A stretch of 64,000 bases of DNA from Candidatus Binataceae bacterium (GCA_035650475.1 DASRHP010000010.1:138591-202590), one strand, 5' to 3'; shown: positions 46,669 through 56,236, counted from the first letter of the stretch. Numbers and translations: made by a program. The notes: a model not told the origin generated them from the letters alone.

Positions 46669-47871
46669 ATGAGCCCCAATTCTCATTCTTCGCATCAGCC
46701 CGCGGCGCACCGGCCCGCCTTCGAGCTGCCCGCGCAGCCGATGAGCACGGTCGCCGTGGTGCTGGTGATCGCCGGCATAATCGGCTTCGGCACCGCGCTC
46801 AGTTACGGCCTGAGCGCGCGCGCGTGGGAAGCCTACCTGGTCAACCTGCTGTTCTGGATGGGTGTGGCGCAGGGCGGAGTGGTCGCCTCAGCCGCGTTCT
46901 ACCTGACCCAGGGGCGCTGGGCCGGCCGTGCGCATTACCGGCTGGCCGAGGCCTTTTCGGGCTTTCTGGTGCTCGGCTTCATCCTGTTCTGGGCGCTGTA
47001 TTTCGGGCGCGACGCGATCTTTCCCTGGATCAAGCATCCGGTGCCCGCCAAGGAGGGCTGGCTCAACGTGCCCTTCCTGTTTGCCCGCGACGGTATAGCG
47101 CTGTTCGTGATGACCGTGCTGAGCCTATGGTTCGTGGCCGCCTCGCGCAGCGATGAAGCGAGGAAGTGGGCCGAGACCTCCGGCAACATCTATATGCCGC
47201 CCAAGGCGGTGCGCCGCCTCGCGCCCGCGGTCGCGATCTGCTTTGCGCTGGTTTACACACTGCTGTCGTTCGACCTCGTGATGTCGCTCTCGCCGCTGTG
47301 GCACTCGACGCTGTTTGGATGGTGGTTCTTCGCGGGCACGTTCTGGAGCGCGATCGTGACGATGTCGCTCAGCGCGGTGTGGCTGCGCCGGGTGCTGCCC
47401 GCGGGCAATGCCTTCACCAACAAGCGGGTGCTGCACGACTTCGGCAAGATGGTTTTTGCGTTCTCGATTTTCTGGGTTTACACGCTGTTCGCCCAGTACA
47501 TCGTGATCTGGTACGGCGACATCCCGATCGAGACCTTCTTCGTGGTTTTGCGCACCCAGTATCTGCCGTGGGCCTTCGTGTCGTGGCTGACGCTAACCCT
47601 GGTCTGGATAATCCCGTTCTTCGTGCTGCTCGGCCAGCGGCCCAAGCGCACGCCGCGTATCCTGGGCACGGTGGCGCTGCTCGGGATGATCGGAATCTGG
47701 TGCGAAATTTACGTGCTGGTGGTGCCTTCGCTGTCGCCGCGCACGGTGCCCTTCGGCTGGGTTGAAATCCTGGTCACCGCGGGCTTCGCGGGCGCCTTCT
47801 GGCTGTGTTCCTACCCTGGGCTGAAGCTCGCGTCAGTGGCCGCGGCCGAGCCAATCGGAGAGTTGCACTGA
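46669..47871 (+). CDS. actF: Alternative complex III subunit ActF (second NrfD-like membrane subunit)
   Basis: 400 aa and polytopic. It sits at the ActF position, and its stop overlaps the coxB start (TGATG at 47869-47873). Confidence 0.7.
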   Translation: MSPNSHSSHQPAAHRPAFELPAQPMSTVAVVLVIAGIIGFGTALSYGLSARAWEAYLVNLLFWMGVAQGGVVASAAFYLTQGRWAGRAHYRLAEAFSGFLVLGFILFWALYFGRDAIFPWIKHPVPAKEGWLNVPFLFARDGIALFVMTVLSLWFVAASRSDEARKWAETSGNIYMPPKAVRRLAPAVAICFALVYTLLSFDLVMSLSPLWHSTLFGWWFFAGTFWSAIVTMSLSAVWLRRVLPAGNAFTNKRVLHDFGKMVFAFSIFWVYTLFAQYIVIWYGDIPIETFFVVLRTQYLPWAFVSWLTLTLVWIIPFFVLLGQRPKRTPRILGTVALLGMIGIWCEIYVLVVPSLSPRTVPFGWVEILVTAGFAGAFWLCSYPGLKLASVAAAEPIGELH

Positions 47872-48917
47872 TGAAGCCCCCGCTTCGCTTTATGACCAAG
47901 GCTTCGCTTGCCTCAGCGCTGCTCGCGCTGGCCGCGGCGTTGGCCGGCTGCGCCAAGCAGTATCCGATGGATACGCTGAGCAACGGCTCGGACTACGCGG
48001 TCAAGATCCATTCGCTGTACGTCTTCGTCAACTGGATCGACGCCGTGATCATGCTCATCGTGCTGGTCACCGCGTTTCTCGCGCTGTTCTGGTTCTCGAC
48101 CCGGGTGGGCGAGCCGGGCGAGCCCAGCTCGGTCACTTCCGACCTGCGGCTGGAAGTGGCATGGACCGCGATCCCGGCACTCATCCTGGTGATGATCTCG
48201 GTCCCCACCATCCGCACCATCTGGCAGACCCAACCCGACAAGTGGCCGGCCGACGCCCTGACCATCAACGTCATCGGCCATCAATGGTGGTGGGAGTTCC
48301 AGTATCCGCAGTACGGGATCGATACTGCCGACGAGGTTCATTTCCCGGTCGGGCGAGTGATCCACTTCACCCTGCGCTCGGGCGACGTGATCCACAGCTT
48401 CTGGATCCCGGCGATGGGCGGAAAACGCGACGTTATCCCGGGGCAGATCAACGAGATTACGTTCACCGCGCGCGAGACCGGCGAGTTTCCCGGCCAGTGC
48501 GTGGAGTTCTGCGGCACTTCGCACGCCAACATGCGGTTGCGCGCCTTCTCCCAGACGCCGGAGGATTTTGCCAAGTGGGTCAAGGCGCAGCAGGCGCCGC
48601 CGGTGACGCCCAAGGAAGGCACGCCGGCCGCCGCCGGAGCGCAGGTCTTCGCCGACGCGCCGTGCGCGATCTGCCACACGGTCAAGGGGCTGTCGGGCTT
48701 CTCCAAGGAATACGCCGGGACCTATAAAGGCCCCGACCTCACGCATTTCGGCTCGCGCACCACGCTGGCCGGAAGCATTCTGACCAACGATCCGCACAAC
48801 GTGGCGATGTGGATCCAGGAGCCGGACCGGGTCAAGCCGGGCGCGATGATGCCGACGCTGGGCGTCAAGGGCAAGGACCTCAACGATCTCGTCGCTTATC
48901 TCGAGAGCCTGAAGTAG
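47871..48917 (+). CDS. coxB: Cytochrome c oxidase subunit II with C-terminal cytochrome c domain (caa3-type)
   Basis: Lipoprotein-type signal (LAAALAGC) and two TM helices. The CuA site is HSFWIP...CVEFCGTSHANM. The C-terminal haem c motif is CAICH. Confidence 0.9.
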   Translation: MKPPLRFMTKASLASALLALAAALAGCAKQYPMDTLSNGSDYAVKIHSLYVFVNWIDAVIMLIVLVTAFLALFWFSTRVGEPGEPSSVTSDLRLEVAWTAIPALILVMISVPTIRTIWQTQPDKWPADALTINVIGHQWWWEFQYPQYGIDTADEVHFPVGRVIHFTLRSGDVIHSFWIPAMGGKRDVIPGQINEITFTARETGEFPGQCVEFCGTSHANMRLRAFSQTPEDFAKWVKAQQAPPVTPKEGTPAAAGAQVFADAPCAICHTVKGLSGFSKEYAGTYKGPDLTHFGSRTTLAGSILTNDPHNVAMWIQEPDRVKPGAMMPTLGVKGKDLNDLVAYLESLK

Positions 48918-48927
48918 GTAGGGGCCA

Positions 48928-51417
48928 ATGGCTGCGCAACCAAAAGAGCTGGCGCTGGAACACGCGAACTATCTGACGAGCGAGCGCGGGATCTACAGTT
49001 GGTTGACCACTGTCGATCACAAGCGGGTGGCCGTGCTCTACGGCATCGCCTCGCTGTTCTTCATGCTGATCGGCGGCATCGAGGCGATGCTGATCCGGAC
49101 CCAGCTGGCAGTGCCCGACAACACCGTGCTCTCGGCGCAGGTCTATAACCAGATGTTCACGATGCACGGCACGACCATGATCTTCATGGTCGTGATGCCG
49201 TTAGAGATGGGGTTCTTCGCCAACTTCCTTATCCCGCTCCAGGTCGGCGCCCGCGACGTCGCCTTCCCACGCATCAACGCGCTGAGCTTTTGGGTCTTCC
49301 TGTTCGGCGCGCTGTTCATGAACGTCGGCTGGTTTACCCTCTCGCTGCCTGACGCCGGATGGTTCGGCTACGCCAACCTGACCGAGCGCTACTACACCCC
49401 CGGGATCAACATCGACCTCTGGAACATCGGCCTGCTCATCCTGGGCGTTTCGACGCTGCTGAGCGGCCTCAACTTCTTCGTCACCATCGTCAACATGCGC
49501 GCCCGCGGCATGACGTTTATGCGGATGCCGATGTTCATGTGGGCGATGCTGGTAACGACAATCCTGATCCTGCTCGCCTTTCCCTGCCTGACTGTGGGGC
49601 TGATCTTCCTCTTCCTCGACCGTTTCGTCGGCACCCATTTCTACCGGGTCGCGATCGGCGCCACGCCGATTCTGTGGCAGCACCTGTTCTGGCTGTTCGG
49701 CCATCCCGAGGTTTACATCATGGCGCTGCCGGCTTTCGGGATGATGTCGGAAATCATTCCGGTGTTCGCCCGCAAGCCGTTGTTCGGGTACGCCGGCATG
49801 GCCTATTCGATCGTGCTGATCGGCTTCCTGTCCTACGGCGTGTGGGGCCACCACATGTTCGCGACCGGGATGGGGCCGGTGGCCGACTCGACGTTCGCCA
49901 TCACCACCATGCTGATCGCGCTGCCGACCGGGGTCAAAATCTTCAGCTGGATTGCGACCATCTGGGGCGGCTCGCTGCGGATGAAGACCGCCTTCCTCTT
50001 CGCCGTCGGCGCGGTGCTCGAGTTTACGATCGGCGGGCTGAGCGGGGTGATGCACGCCACGGTGCCGGTCGATCTCCAGCAGACCGATACTTACATCGTG
50101 GTCGCCCATTTCCACTACGTGCTGTTCGGCGGGATGATGTTCGCGATCCTGGGCTCGTTCTTCTACTGGTGGCCCAAGATCACCGGCCGGATGATGAGCG
50201 AGACGATGGGCAAATGGCAGTTCTGGCTAACCATCATCGCCTTCAACGGCACATTTTTCCCGATGCATTTCCTCGGCGTGTGGGGGATGCCGCGGCGCAT
50301 CTACACCTACGCGCCCGGGATGGGCTGGTCGTTCTGGAACATGTTCGAAACCCTTTCCGCCTACCTGCTTTTCCTGACCTTCGTCCTGTTCGGAATAAAC
50401 CTTATCTGGAGCCTGTTTTACGGCGAAAAGGCGGAGGCCGACCCTTGGGACGGGCGCACTCTGGAGTGGGCGATTCCCTCGCCGCCCCCGCCGTACAACT
50501 TCGAAACCCTGCCGCTGGTTCGCGGCCGCGACGCGTTTTGGGTTGACAAGTACGGGGTGATGGTCGAGGAGGGGCACGGCCACGGTAGTGCGCCCGCCTA
50601 TGGCGAGACCTCCGGCGCGGCGCCGGCGGCGGAGCATGCGCCGAGCGAACACGGGCCGATTCATATGCCGGCGCCCTCGCTCTATCCGCTGCTCTTCGGG
50701 CTCAGCCTGACGCTGGGCGGGATCGGTGCGCTGATGGACTGGTACCGCATCGACATCCTTGCCGCGCTGTTCCTGTTCCTGTCGATCATCGGTATGGCTT
50801 TCGAGTACGCCGACCACGGCGAGGAGCACGTCCACGCCGATCCGCCGACCTACCGCGGCATCGACCACCGCAAAGCCGGGATGTGGGCGTTCCTCGGCTC
50901 CGAGTGCGTGTTCTTCGCCTGCTTGATCTCGACCTACCTGGTTTACAAGCCGCGCAACGTTGGCGTGGGCGCCGAGGTGCTCAACATCCCGCTGACCTCC
51001 TTCAGCACCTTCATCCTGCTGATGTCGAGTTTCCTGATGGTGCTGGCGTTGGCGGCCACCCAGCGCGGCGACCGCAAGTGGTCAACCATCTGGCTGTTCG
51101 GCACCGCCTTCTTCGGTCTGATCTTCCTCGGCGGCCAGGTTTACGAGTTCAGCACCCTCTTCCTGGACGAACACCTCTCGATGCAGGGCAGCCTGTTCGG
51201 CCAAACCTTTTACACCCTGGTCGGCACGCACGGATGCCACGTCGCGATCGGCGTAATCTGGCTGTTCGTGATGGCGGTCGCGTCGCTGGGCGGCAGAGTT
51301 GGCAAGTCGCGCGCGCTGTCGGTCGAGATCGCCGGCCTGTACTGGCACTTCGTTGACGTGGTGTGGATCCTGATCTTCACCTTGATCTACCTGATGAGGA
51401 CGGTGAAGGGCGCATGA
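48928..51417 (+). CDS. coxA: Cytochrome c oxidase subunit I fused to subunit III
   Basis: 829 aa. Subunit I signatures are FWLFGHPEVYI and VAHFHYVLFGG. About 200 C-terminal residues have the subunit III pattern (MWAFLGSECVFFACLISTY...YWHFVDVVWILIF). Confidence 0.9.
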   Translation: MAAQPKELALEHANYLTSERGIYSWLTTVDHKRVAVLYGIASLFFMLIGGIEAMLIRTQLAVPDNTVLSAQVYNQMFTMHGTTMIFMVVMPLEMGFFANFLIPLQVGARDVAFPRINALSFWVFLFGALFMNVGWFTLSLPDAGWFGYANLTERYYTPGINIDLWNIGLLILGVSTLLSGLNFFVTIVNMRARGMTFMRMPMFMWAMLVTTILILLAFPCLTVGLIFLFLDRFVGTHFYRVAIGATPILWQHLFWLFGHPEVYIMALPAFGMMSEIIPVFARKPLFGYAGMAYSIVLIGFLSYGVWGHHMFATGMGPVADSTFAITTMLIALPTGVKIFSWIATIWGGSLRMKTAFLFAVGAVLEFTIGGLSGVMHATVPVDLQQTDTYIVVAHFHYVLFGGMMFAILGSFFYWWPKITGRMMSETMGKWQFWLTIIAFNGTFFPMHFLGVWGMPRRIYTYAPGMGWSFWNMFETLSAYLLFLTFVLFGINLIWSLFYGEKAEADPWDGRTLEWAIPSPPPPYNFETLPLVRGRDAFWVDKYGVMVEEGHGHGSAPAYGETSGAAPAAEHAPSEHGPIHMPAPSLYPLLFGLSLTLGGIGALMDWYRIDILAALFLFLSIIGMAFEYADHGEEHVHADPPTYRGIDHRKAGMWAFLGSECVFFACLISTYLVYKPRNVGVGAEVLNIPLTSFSTFILLMSSFLMVLALAATQRGDRKWSTIWLFGTAFFGLIFLGGQVYEFSTLFLDEHLSMQGSLFGQTFYTLVGTHGCHVAIGVIWLFVMAVASLGGRVGKSRALSVEIAGLYWHFVDVVWILIFTLIYLMRTVKGA

Positions 51418-51755
51418 GCGAGAACGTGGCAGTCGCTGGGCACGCTCCCGGCGCGATGGAACATGGCGGACATCCCGGACCTGGGGTGTATGCGATCATC
51501 GCGGTCATCCTGGTCATCCTGACCCTGATGGAGCTGACCGTCTATTACGTGCCGGCATTGCAGCCGGTGCTGGTGCCGATTCTGATCCTGCTGGCGATCG
51601 CCAAGTTCATCCTGGTCGCCGGCTTCTACATGCATCTGCACTACGACCAGAAAATCTTCAGCATCTTCTTCGTCTTCCCGTTGGTCCTGGCCTGCTTCAT
51701 CGGCGCGGCCCTGATGATGATCTTTTCGGCGCTGGGGACGCATCTGGCGCTCTGA
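51414..51755 (+). CDS. Prokaryotic cytochrome c oxidase subunit IV-family small membrane protein
   Basis: ATG 51414 overlaps the coxA-C stop (ATGA). It is 113 aa with three hydrophobic helices. LAIAKFILVAGFYMHLHYD is typical of the COX4_pro family. Confidence 0.7.
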   Translation: MSENVAVAGHAPGAMEHGGHPGPGVYAIIAVILVILTLMELTVYYVPALQPVLVPILILLAIAKFILVAGFYMHLHYDQKIFSIFFVFPLVLACFIGAALMMIFSALGTHLAL

Positions 51756-51758
51756 AGT

Positions 51759-52616
51759 ATGTTTGGCGGCCGGTGTGCGTCGCGCGCCAGCCGCATCGGT
51801 ACTATGTTCGAAATCGATCCCTCCTCGGCGGTTGGCATTGCTTTTCTCGCGCTCCTGTACGTCGCGCTCGCGTGGCGGCTGGGGCGCCGGCCGACCCAGC
51901 GTCAGATCTTTTTCTTTGGCCTGTTCATCTTTTCGATGCTGCTTACGTTCGGGCCGCTCGACGAGCTTTCGGACGACCGCTCGTTCTGGGCCCACATGCT
52001 CGAGCACTCGCTTCAGAGCTGGGTGATCCCGCCGCTGCTGTTGCTTTCGGTGCCGGATTGGATGCTGCGGCCGTTCCTGACGAGCAAGCCGGTCGCGCCG
52101 CTGGCGCGCTGGTTTTCCAATCCGCTGGTCGCCTTCGTCACCTTCACCTTCGTTTACGTCTTCGCGCACGACCCGCCGATCTTCGACCTGATGACGGCCA
52201 ACGAGAATTTCCACATCGCGGTCCACGTCGCTTTCATGGTCGCCGGCACGATCCTGTGGTGGCCGCTGCTTAGCCCGATGCCGGAGTTTCCGCGCCTGAG
52301 CTACCCGATGCAGATCCTGTACATCTTCCTGCTGATGGTGCCGATGACGGCGGTGGCGGCGCCGCTCACGCTGTCGGAGAGCGTCACCTATCCGTGGTAC
52401 CTCGGTGGGCCCCATCCGTTCGGACTGACCCCGCATCAGGACCAGGTGATAGGCGGAATCCTGATGTGGGTCGCCGACAGCTTCTACCTGATTCTGGTTA
52501 CGACGCTGATCTTCTTCCGATGGGCGCGCAGCGACGAGATCGAGGAGCCGCCCGTCAACTTCCGCCGCCCGCCCGAGCTGCGCGTCCTGCGCCCGCATCA
52601 TCGCGCTCGCGTCTGA
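51759..52616 (+). CDS. ctaG: caa3-type oxidase assembly factor CtaG-like membrane protein
   Basis: Polytopic. HMLEHSLQSWVIPPLLL ... HIAVHVAFMVAGTILWWPLL is characteristic of the Caa3_CtaG family. It lies 3 nt after the subunit IV gene. The start (51759 or the Met of MFEIDPSS) is uncertain. Confidence 0.7.
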   Translation: MFGGRCASRASRIGTMFEIDPSSAVGIAFLALLYVALAWRLGRRPTQRQIFFFGLFIFSMLLTFGPLDELSDDRSFWAHMLEHSLQSWVIPPLLLLSVPDWMLRPFLTSKPVAPLARWFSNPLVAFVTFTFVYVFAHDPPIFDLMTANENFHIAVHVAFMVAGTILWWPLLSPMPEFPRLSYPMQILYIFLLMVPMTAVAAPLTLSESVTYPWYLGGPHPFGLTPHQDQVIGGILMWVADSFYLILVTTLIFFRWARSDEIEEPPVNFRRPPELRVLRPHHRARV

Positions 52617-52873
52617 GCCTGGATCGCAGCGTCCGCCTTCGCCCATCGTACCGAATTCCTATATCCGGTGAGGGTTTACGGCGCCGGCGCCGGAGGTGGC
52701 TTCCATCACCCCGCAACCTGGCCTAATACTGAAAATAAGGCGGCACCCTGACGCGCGGGCCGCAGGAGGCCACGTCATCATTCACAGAACAGCGGGCCGG
52801 CCCGGTCCGCGACGCTCGTACTTGAGTTTGCGGCGCTCTCCGCTCTTAGCGCTACGCCCGGAAGGAGGATGCG

Positions 52874-53842
52874 ATGATTTCCCGAGTGCGCATGCTGATC
52901 GACGGGGCGGTGGCGGGAGTAATCGGTGCGGTCGTGATGGCGCTGTGGTATCTGATCTTCGACGCGGCGCGCGGCGCGCCGCTCAACTCTGCTGAGGCGC
53001 TCGCCGGCACGCTCTTCGCCGGTTTCGGTCCCGGTGTGCAGCATGCCCAGGTCGGGACAGAAATCCTGGGGCATGTCGTCTTCTACTTGTGCGTCTTTGC
53101 CCTGATCGGCATCGCGGCGGCGGTCCTGCTGGAAGCCGCCGAGGCCGACACGGCGTTGTTTGCCACGATGCTCGTGTTCGTGATCGCTTTTGAGATTTTT
53201 TCGATCATGATCATGATGCTGCTCGGGCCGTCGAGCGCCGTGTCGCAGCCGTGGTGGAAGTTCATCATCGGCGACCTGATGGCGACTGCGGCGATGCTCG
53301 CGTTTTTCCTCGAACGCCATCCGACCCTGGCCCGCCAGCTCGAGGGCCCGTGGATGGGCGTGGCCGACGAGGGCGCGATCGCCGGTGTGATCGGCGCGAT
53401 CGTTGTCGCCGTGTGGTTCCTGATTTACGACGCCGCGGCCGGCCATATGTTCCTGACCCCTGCGCTGCTCGGCGCTGCCATCTTTCAGGGCGTGTTCGAC
53501 CCGGGCCAGGTGGCGGTGACGCTGCCGCTGGTGCTCGGCTACACGGCGCTGCACTTCTTTGCCTTCATTTTGTTCGGGATCGCAACCGCGATCCTGCTGC
53601 GCGCGGCCGACGCCGAGCCGGCGTTCGCCGTCGGCGCGCTGTTCCTGCTCGCGATCTTCGAGGTCTTCTTCGTCGGCGCTTTGGCGGCGTTCGACCGCGC
53701 GGCACTCGACGCGCTGGGCTTTTGGAAGATCCTTGCGGGCAACGTGGTCGCGATAGCCGCGATGCTGGTGTACTTCAGCCGGCGGCATCGAGGATGGATA
53801 CCGCGCCTGTTGGAGCGCTGGGAATCGTTGCAGCGCGTGTGA
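52874..53842 (+). CDS. Hypothetical integral membrane protein made of two homologous ~155-aa halves (about 4+4 TM helices)
   Basis: GGAAGGAGGA lies 4 nt upstream of ATG 52874. The internal repeat is seen directly: GAVAGVIGAVVMALWYLIFDAARG / GAIAGVIGAIVVAVWFLIYDAAAG, then AAAVLLEAAEADTALF / ATAILLRAADAEPAFA, then WWKFIIGDLMATAAMLAFFLERH / FWKILAGNVVAIAAMLVYFSRRH. Confidence 0.55.
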   Translation: MISRVRMLIDGAVAGVIGAVVMALWYLIFDAARGAPLNSAEALAGTLFAGFGPGVQHAQVGTEILGHVVFYLCVFALIGIAAAVLLEAAEADTALFATMLVFVIAFEIFSIMIMMLLGPSSAVSQPWWKFIIGDLMATAAMLAFFLERHPTLARQLEGPWMGVADEGAIAGVIGAIVVAVWFLIYDAAAGHMFLTPALLGAAIFQGVFDPGQVAVTLPLVLGYTALHFFAFILFGIATAILLRAADAEPAFAVGALFLLAIFEVFFVGALAAFDRAALDALGFWKILAGNVVAIAAMLVYFSRRHRGWIPRLLERWESLQRV

Positions 53843-54010
53843 ATCTCCCGACCGCTTCTTGTCCGAGGGAGACCGCCATCAGCAGCGCAAACGAGGGAGC
53901 GAGGTCACCAGGTTCGCCTTTGTGCCATAAGCGCTCGGGCCACTGCCTTGCGGGCGCATGACCTCTTCCCAACCCTCCTCTTGGGCAAACGAGGGGAACG
54001 GAAGGGCGCT

Positions 54011-54808
54011 CTACAGCCCGAGCACGTCACGCATCGAGTACAACCCGGGCGGACGCTTTTCCAGCCATGCCGCCGCACGCAACGCGCCGCGCGCGAGGGA
54101 CTCGCGGCTCTGTGCGCGATGCACCAGTTCCAGGCGTTCGCCCTGGCCGCCGAAGATCACCGTATGGTCGCCGACGGCGTCGCCCGCCCGCAATGCCATC
54201 ACCGCGATCTTCTCTGCCGGCCGCACGCCGGTTATCCCTTCACGCCCGTAGATCGCGGCGGCGGCGAAGTCCTGCCCGCGCGCCTGCGCGATCAACCTTC
54301 CCAGCGCGACCGCAGTGCCGCTGGGCGCATCGATCTTCGTGCGATGGTGGATCTCCATCACCTCGGCGTCGAAGTCGGGCAGGATCGCGGCGACTTCGGC
54401 GACGATCTTCATCAGCACGTTGACGCCCACGCTCATGTTGGGCGCGATCACGGTACGCGTGCGCGGGGCGATCACGCGCGCGCGCGCCTCCATCTCAGGT
54501 GTGAAACCGGTGGACCCGACGACGATCGCGGCGCCGTTGTTGGCCGCGATTTCCAGATGTTCGAGCGCGGCGCCGGCGTTGGTGAAATCCAGCGTGACGG
54601 TGTCAGGACGGGCGAGCGCGGCGTAGTCGGTGGTGATCGCGACGCCTAACCTACCTGCGCCTGCGACTTCGCCCGCGTCACGGCCGAGCGCGGCGACGCC
54701 CGGCGCCTCCAGCGCGCCGGCGAGGTGATGGGTCTTGTCGGCGGCGACCAACGAGACCAGCAGCCGGCCCATCCGGCCAGCCGCTCCAGCCACGATAAGG
54801 TTAGCCAT
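54011..54808 (-). CDS. dapB: 4-hydroxy-tetrahydrodipicolinate reductase
   Basis: The NAD fold is MANLIVAGAAGRMGRLLV. EIHHRTKIDAPSGTA is the DapB signature (E-x-HH-x-K-x-DAPSGTA). Confidence 0.92.
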   Translation of the reverse strand: MANLIVAGAAGRMGRLLVSLVAADKTHHLAGALEAPGVAALGRDAGEVAGAGRLGVAITTDYAALARPDTVTLDFTNAGAALEHLEIAANNGAAIVVGSTGFTPEMEARARVIAPRTRTVIAPNMSVGVNVLMKIVAEVAAILPDFDAEVMEIHHRTKIDAPSGTAVALGRLIAQARGQDFAAAAIYGREGITGVRPAEKIAVMALRAGDAVGDHTVIFGGQGERLELVHRAQSRESLARGALRAAAWLEKRPPGLYSMRDVLGL

Positions 54809-54914
54809 CGTCGCCTCCGTCGCGTCGGCCCTTTCCAGTTGCGAGCGGCCCAGCCCCCAACCGCCTTAAGGGCGGGTCAGGATTGCTCCGCGTGTCGCCG
54901 TGAGGGTACGGACC

Positions 54915-55169
54915 TCAGCTTGCGGGGGCCGCGGGCGCGGCGGCGCCACCGCCGGCCGCGGCTGCCTTGCCGTGGGCGGCCTTCCAGTGCTCTTCGCACA
55001 GGCTGCCGCGAAAGCGCCGCTTGCGGCACTTCTCCGTGGTGCAGGTCTTGTAGCGCGGCTTGGGCATCTCGCCCGCGCGCCACAGCCGGTAATGTTTGCG
55101 GCAGTAGTGCTTCGCGATCGCCTCGCGGTTGCAGTCCTTGGCTTTGCAGGTTCCCTTGTTCGCCATCAA
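54915..55169 (-). CDS. Small Cys-rich protein with two tandem C-x4-C-x9-C-x2-H modules and an Ala/Gly/Pro tail
   Basis: 84 aa. The two modules are CKAKDCNREAIAKHYCRKHYRLWRAG and CTTEKCRKRRFRGSLCEEHW. It has its own ATG and lies between gpsA and dapB on the same strand. Confidence 0.5.
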   Translation of the reverse strand: MMANKGTCKAKDCNREAIAKHYCRKHYRLWRAGEMPKPRYKTCTTEKCRKRRFRGSLCEEHWKAAHGKAAAAGGGAAAPAAPAS

Positions 55170-55190
55170 TGTTTCTCTTGAGGGCCGCGC

Positions 55191-56204
55191 CTAAAATTCG
55201 GCTTTCAGCTCGCGGCTCAGCAGTTCCTCGACCATAGCGTTTGCCGCCGCGCCTTCATAGAGGACCCGGCAGACCGCGGCGACGATCGGCATCTCGACGC
55301 CCATGCGCTGGGCGAGGCGGCGGATCGCGCGCGCGTTGGACATCCCTTCCGCCACCGGGCGCCCGCCCGCTGCGCCGTGTTCCGACTCCGTGCTTGCGCC
55401 GGCGGGCTCGCCACGTCCGATCCTGAGCCCCAGCGCACGGTTGCGCGAGAGTTCGCCGGTACAGGTCAGGACGAGATCGCCCAATCCCGCCAGCCCCGCC
55501 ATCGTTTCCGCACGTCCGCCCGCGCTCGTCGCAAGCCGCCCGACCTCGGCCAGGCCGCGGGTTATCAGCGCGGCACGCGCGCTGGCCCCGAGCTCGAGCC
55601 CGTCGCAGATGCCAGCGGCGATCGCGATCACGTTCTTGGCCGCGCCCGCCAGCTCGACACCGACGACGTCGGTGCTGCGATAGACCCGCAGCGAGCGCGA
55701 GGCGAACAGCTCCTGCACGTCGCGCGCGACCGCATCGTCGCGGGCGGCGGCCACCACCGCGGCCGGTTTGCTGCGCGCCACCTCGGCCGCGAACGAGGGG
55801 CCGGAGAGCACCGCGACGCGGCTGACAGCGGGCGCCGCCTCGGCCAGCATCGCGCTCATCGTTTTGAGCGAGCCGTCTTCGATCCCCTTGGCGACGCTGA
55901 CCAGCGTGGTATGCGCGCCGAGGGCGGCGCCGACCGGCGTCATCGCGGTCCGCGCGAAACCCGACGGCACCGCCATCACGACGACCTCGGCCGTGCCCGC
56001 CGCTTCCACCCATCGGTCGCTCAGGGCGAGCGCCGCGGGCAGCGGCACGCCCGGTAGGTAGGCCTCGTTCTCGCGCCGCGCGCGCATCGCGGCCGCATGC
56101 TCCGCGCGGCGCGCGCACAGCGTCACGCGATGGCCTGCGCGGGCCAGGCCGACGGCGATCGCGGTACCCCATGCACCGGCGCCGAGGACCGCTATTGCGC
56201 TCAT
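55191..56204 (-). CDS. gpsA: NAD(P)H-dependent glycerol-3-phosphate dehydrogenase
   Basis: IAVLGAGAWGTAIAV is the NAD fold. GAAKNVIAIAAGI, CDGL.LG.SARAALITRGLAE and TGELSRNR are GpsA motifs. Confidence 0.9.
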   Translation of the reverse strand: MSAIAVLGAGAWGTAIAVGLARAGHRVTLCARRAEHAAAMRARRENEAYLPGVPLPAALALSDRWVEAAGTAEVVVMAVPSGFARTAMTPVGAALGAHTTLVSVAKGIEDGSLKTMSAMLAEAAPAVSRVAVLSGPSFAAEVARSKPAAVVAAARDDAVARDVQELFASRSLRVYRSTDVVGVELAGAAKNVIAIAAGICDGLELGASARAALITRGLAEVGRLATSAGGRAETMAGLAGLGDLVLTCTGELSRNRALGLRIGRGEPAGASTESEHGAAGGRPVAEGMSNARAIRRLAQRMGVEMPIVAAVCRVLYEGAAANAMVEELLSRELKAEF

Positions 56205-56236
56205 ATCCCGATTGTGCGCCGCAGTCGGCGCGCACG

